Positions 62,201 to 64,000 of a stretch of DNA of 64,000 bases are shown in pieces. Where the stretch lies: positions 806,001 through 870,000 of the forward strand of contig JALMLS010000093.1 in NCBI GenBank assembly GCA_038496445.1, read 5' to 3'. This stretch comes from Trichosphaerium sp. ATCC 40318 (taxonomy: Eukaryota; Protista; Tubulinea). A model generated the notes under the pieces. That model was given only the letters and a program-made list of their open reading frames with translations. It ran no database searches and had not been told where the DNA came from. Within the stretch, counting starts at the first letter, position 1. Each line of letters begins with the position of its first letter. The position numbers and the translations under genes are program-made.

Positions 62201-64000
62201 TCCCACTGTAGCGCTGCATTCTCCTTGACAAGATCTACAGATGGCTCTTCGTTTTCCAGCTCTTCAAGTTTTTCTTTCAACTGAGCATTCTCAGCCTGCA
62301 ACTCTTCAACATTTGAAGATGCACCAAAGGCGTCGTCAGTCATCCAATCATCAGCTGGAGTAGCACTCTTTTCAGCAAGTTCTTGCTGTAAGGCAGTGTT
62401 TTCTTCCCGCAACTTCTTAAGCTCGGCCTCCTTGGTTGCATCGCTCTATTTGGTCCGGTTAGAATACTAGGAGATGAACAAATAATCGTACAGCTTTTTT
62501 CTTCTTGATAATCAGTCGAAGCTTTTTAGCAGTGGTTTCGAGGCCTGTTAATTTACGCTCAAGCTCAGAGCTGTTTGCAACCAACACTTCGTTTTCCTGT
62601 ATTCACAAAAGTTAGACTACAAAAGGAATTTTGAACTACCTCTGTTGCGCGATTAGCACGCTCTAAAGCGGCTTGGGCATCGGTGGTTAATTTACCAACT
62701 TGCTCTTCTTTAGATTCTAAGAGCTGCTTTAAGCCCTTAGTCTCTTCTGTTAAAATAGGGACGAGCTGGAGGCAATCATTAGTTTACAATAGTCGCTTAT
62801 GTAAAAAGGTCAATAAAATACCTGTGCATCACTGGCTGCACTCTCATAGTCTTGTTTGTATTTATTTGAAGACTGAATGGCCTCTTCCAACTTTGATGCA
62901 AGCTCTGATATTTTTTTCTTTGCATTCTAAGAACAAGAGTTGGCGATGAAATAATTGACCCAGAAGCAAATCATACCTTATCACTTTCCAAACTCTCCTT
63001 TTTGAGAGTATCCAATTCGCGCTTAGCTTCCTTAAGTCCTTTATTCTCTTGTTCTAGAGCATGTTCACGAGCTTTTTGTGATTTTTGTAGCGCATCTAGG
63101 CTAGCTTTGGCTTGTTCCACTTCTTTCAACTTATCCGTCTGGCAATGCAATTAGCAAAAAAAGGACAAAACAATTTGAAGTTTCGCCTTTGCAGAAAAGA
63201 CAATGTACCTTAGTGTTTACTTCTTTTTGTAAACGCTTCGCATGTCGTTTATATTTACCAACTTCTTCAACGTGTTTTTTTTGGCTAGCTTGCATAGACG
63301 CCAACTTATCGTCTAGTTCTACCTTGGACTTTTCCAGGTTGGCAATCTTAGACTTCATTTCGCTGTTCTCCTTATTTAAGCCTACAAAACAAGTCAGAAT
63401 AACCAACAAAAAAACCAGGTGACATTTAGACAGTCAATAATTACAACGTACGTTCCAAGTTGGCAGTATTTTGAATGAGAACTTTTCTATCTGGTACTAC
63501 TGCAGCGATACTAATTGACTTTTCTTTCCAGTGTTCCTTCTCATGCAATAACTCCTTGCACTTCCGAGCTAGTTGATTTTTTTCCTAATGAAAATGTCAA
63601 CCGAAAGTAAGTTTACAATATAATATTAACATACTTTAGAAACAGCTTTGTGGTTCTCAAGAAATTCTTCCATTTCGCCTTCAAGTGTGTCCTTTTCATT
63701 TCTAAATCTCATTTAACAACACGAACAAAGACTGTTTAAAAGATAAAAAGAAACCTACTTCAGTTCATCGCGTTCTTTTAGTAACACTAGGACCTGATCT
63801 TCAAGTACCGCTATAGCCTTTCGTGACACTGACACCTTAAAAATGATTAGATTATAAACGATTGGATATCAAATACAAGTATCAAGTGCGTACCTGATCA
63901 GTGGGGAATGGTTGCTTGTAAACAGTAGGCGGCTCTGGATCATCTTCAGTTGCAACAGGGATACCGAATTCATTGTTTACCCAACCATTCTGGTGGTTAA
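56260..64000 (-). CDS. Very large coiled-coil protein (golgin/myosin-tail-like), 5'-truncated by the window
   Basis: More than 25 exons of E/K/Q/L heptads with acidic DDW/DDAF linkers, a Pro/Glu-rich penultimate exon, and C-terminus ...NGCLVLLLGANK*. Confidence 0.8.

Noticed and set aside
1-64000. tRNA/rRNA genes, transposases, Fanzor/TnpB, reverse transcriptase, and the many short antisense ORFs in the track
   Set aside because: No diagnostic motifs seen by eye; the short ORFs are shadows of real exons or intron read-through.

Overview
This is gene-dense, AT-rich eukaryotic nuclear DNA from an intron-rich protist. The gene content is amoeba-like, but the taxon cannot be fixed from sequence alone. 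Introns are mostly about 40-65 nt, with GTACGT/GTAAGT/GTATGT donors and CTAAC/CTAAT branch points, so the supplied ORFs are exon fragments; I spliced about 30 genes by hand. Conserved genes include an R3H/SUZ protein, glutamate 5-kinase, Rab escort protein, ERCC8/CSA, COMMD1, RPC10/POLR3K, a Ras/Rap GTPase, Nup133, a BACE-like aspartic protease, a DsbA/GST-kappa enzyme and a giant coiled-coil protein. The most unusual items are: (1) a candidate cell-autonomous immunity locus at 30.5-36.9 kb, with an MLKL-type four-helix-bundle protein fused to two pseudo-receiver domains and a C2 domain, an orphan gene, and an IFI44-like P-loop GTPase; (2) at least six GC-AG introns; (3) a divergent Prp18-like protein lacking the conserved loop; (4) a Hop2-like winged helix fused to a Mei5/Sfr1 domain; (5) several disrupted F-box genes with ankyrin/GTPase, LRR or MORN modules, some intronless and giant-virus-like; (6) an intronless ORF ending directly in a long poly(A) tract. 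Some frameshifts fall in homopolymers and may be assembly errors. All family assignments are from recalled motifs, not database searches.
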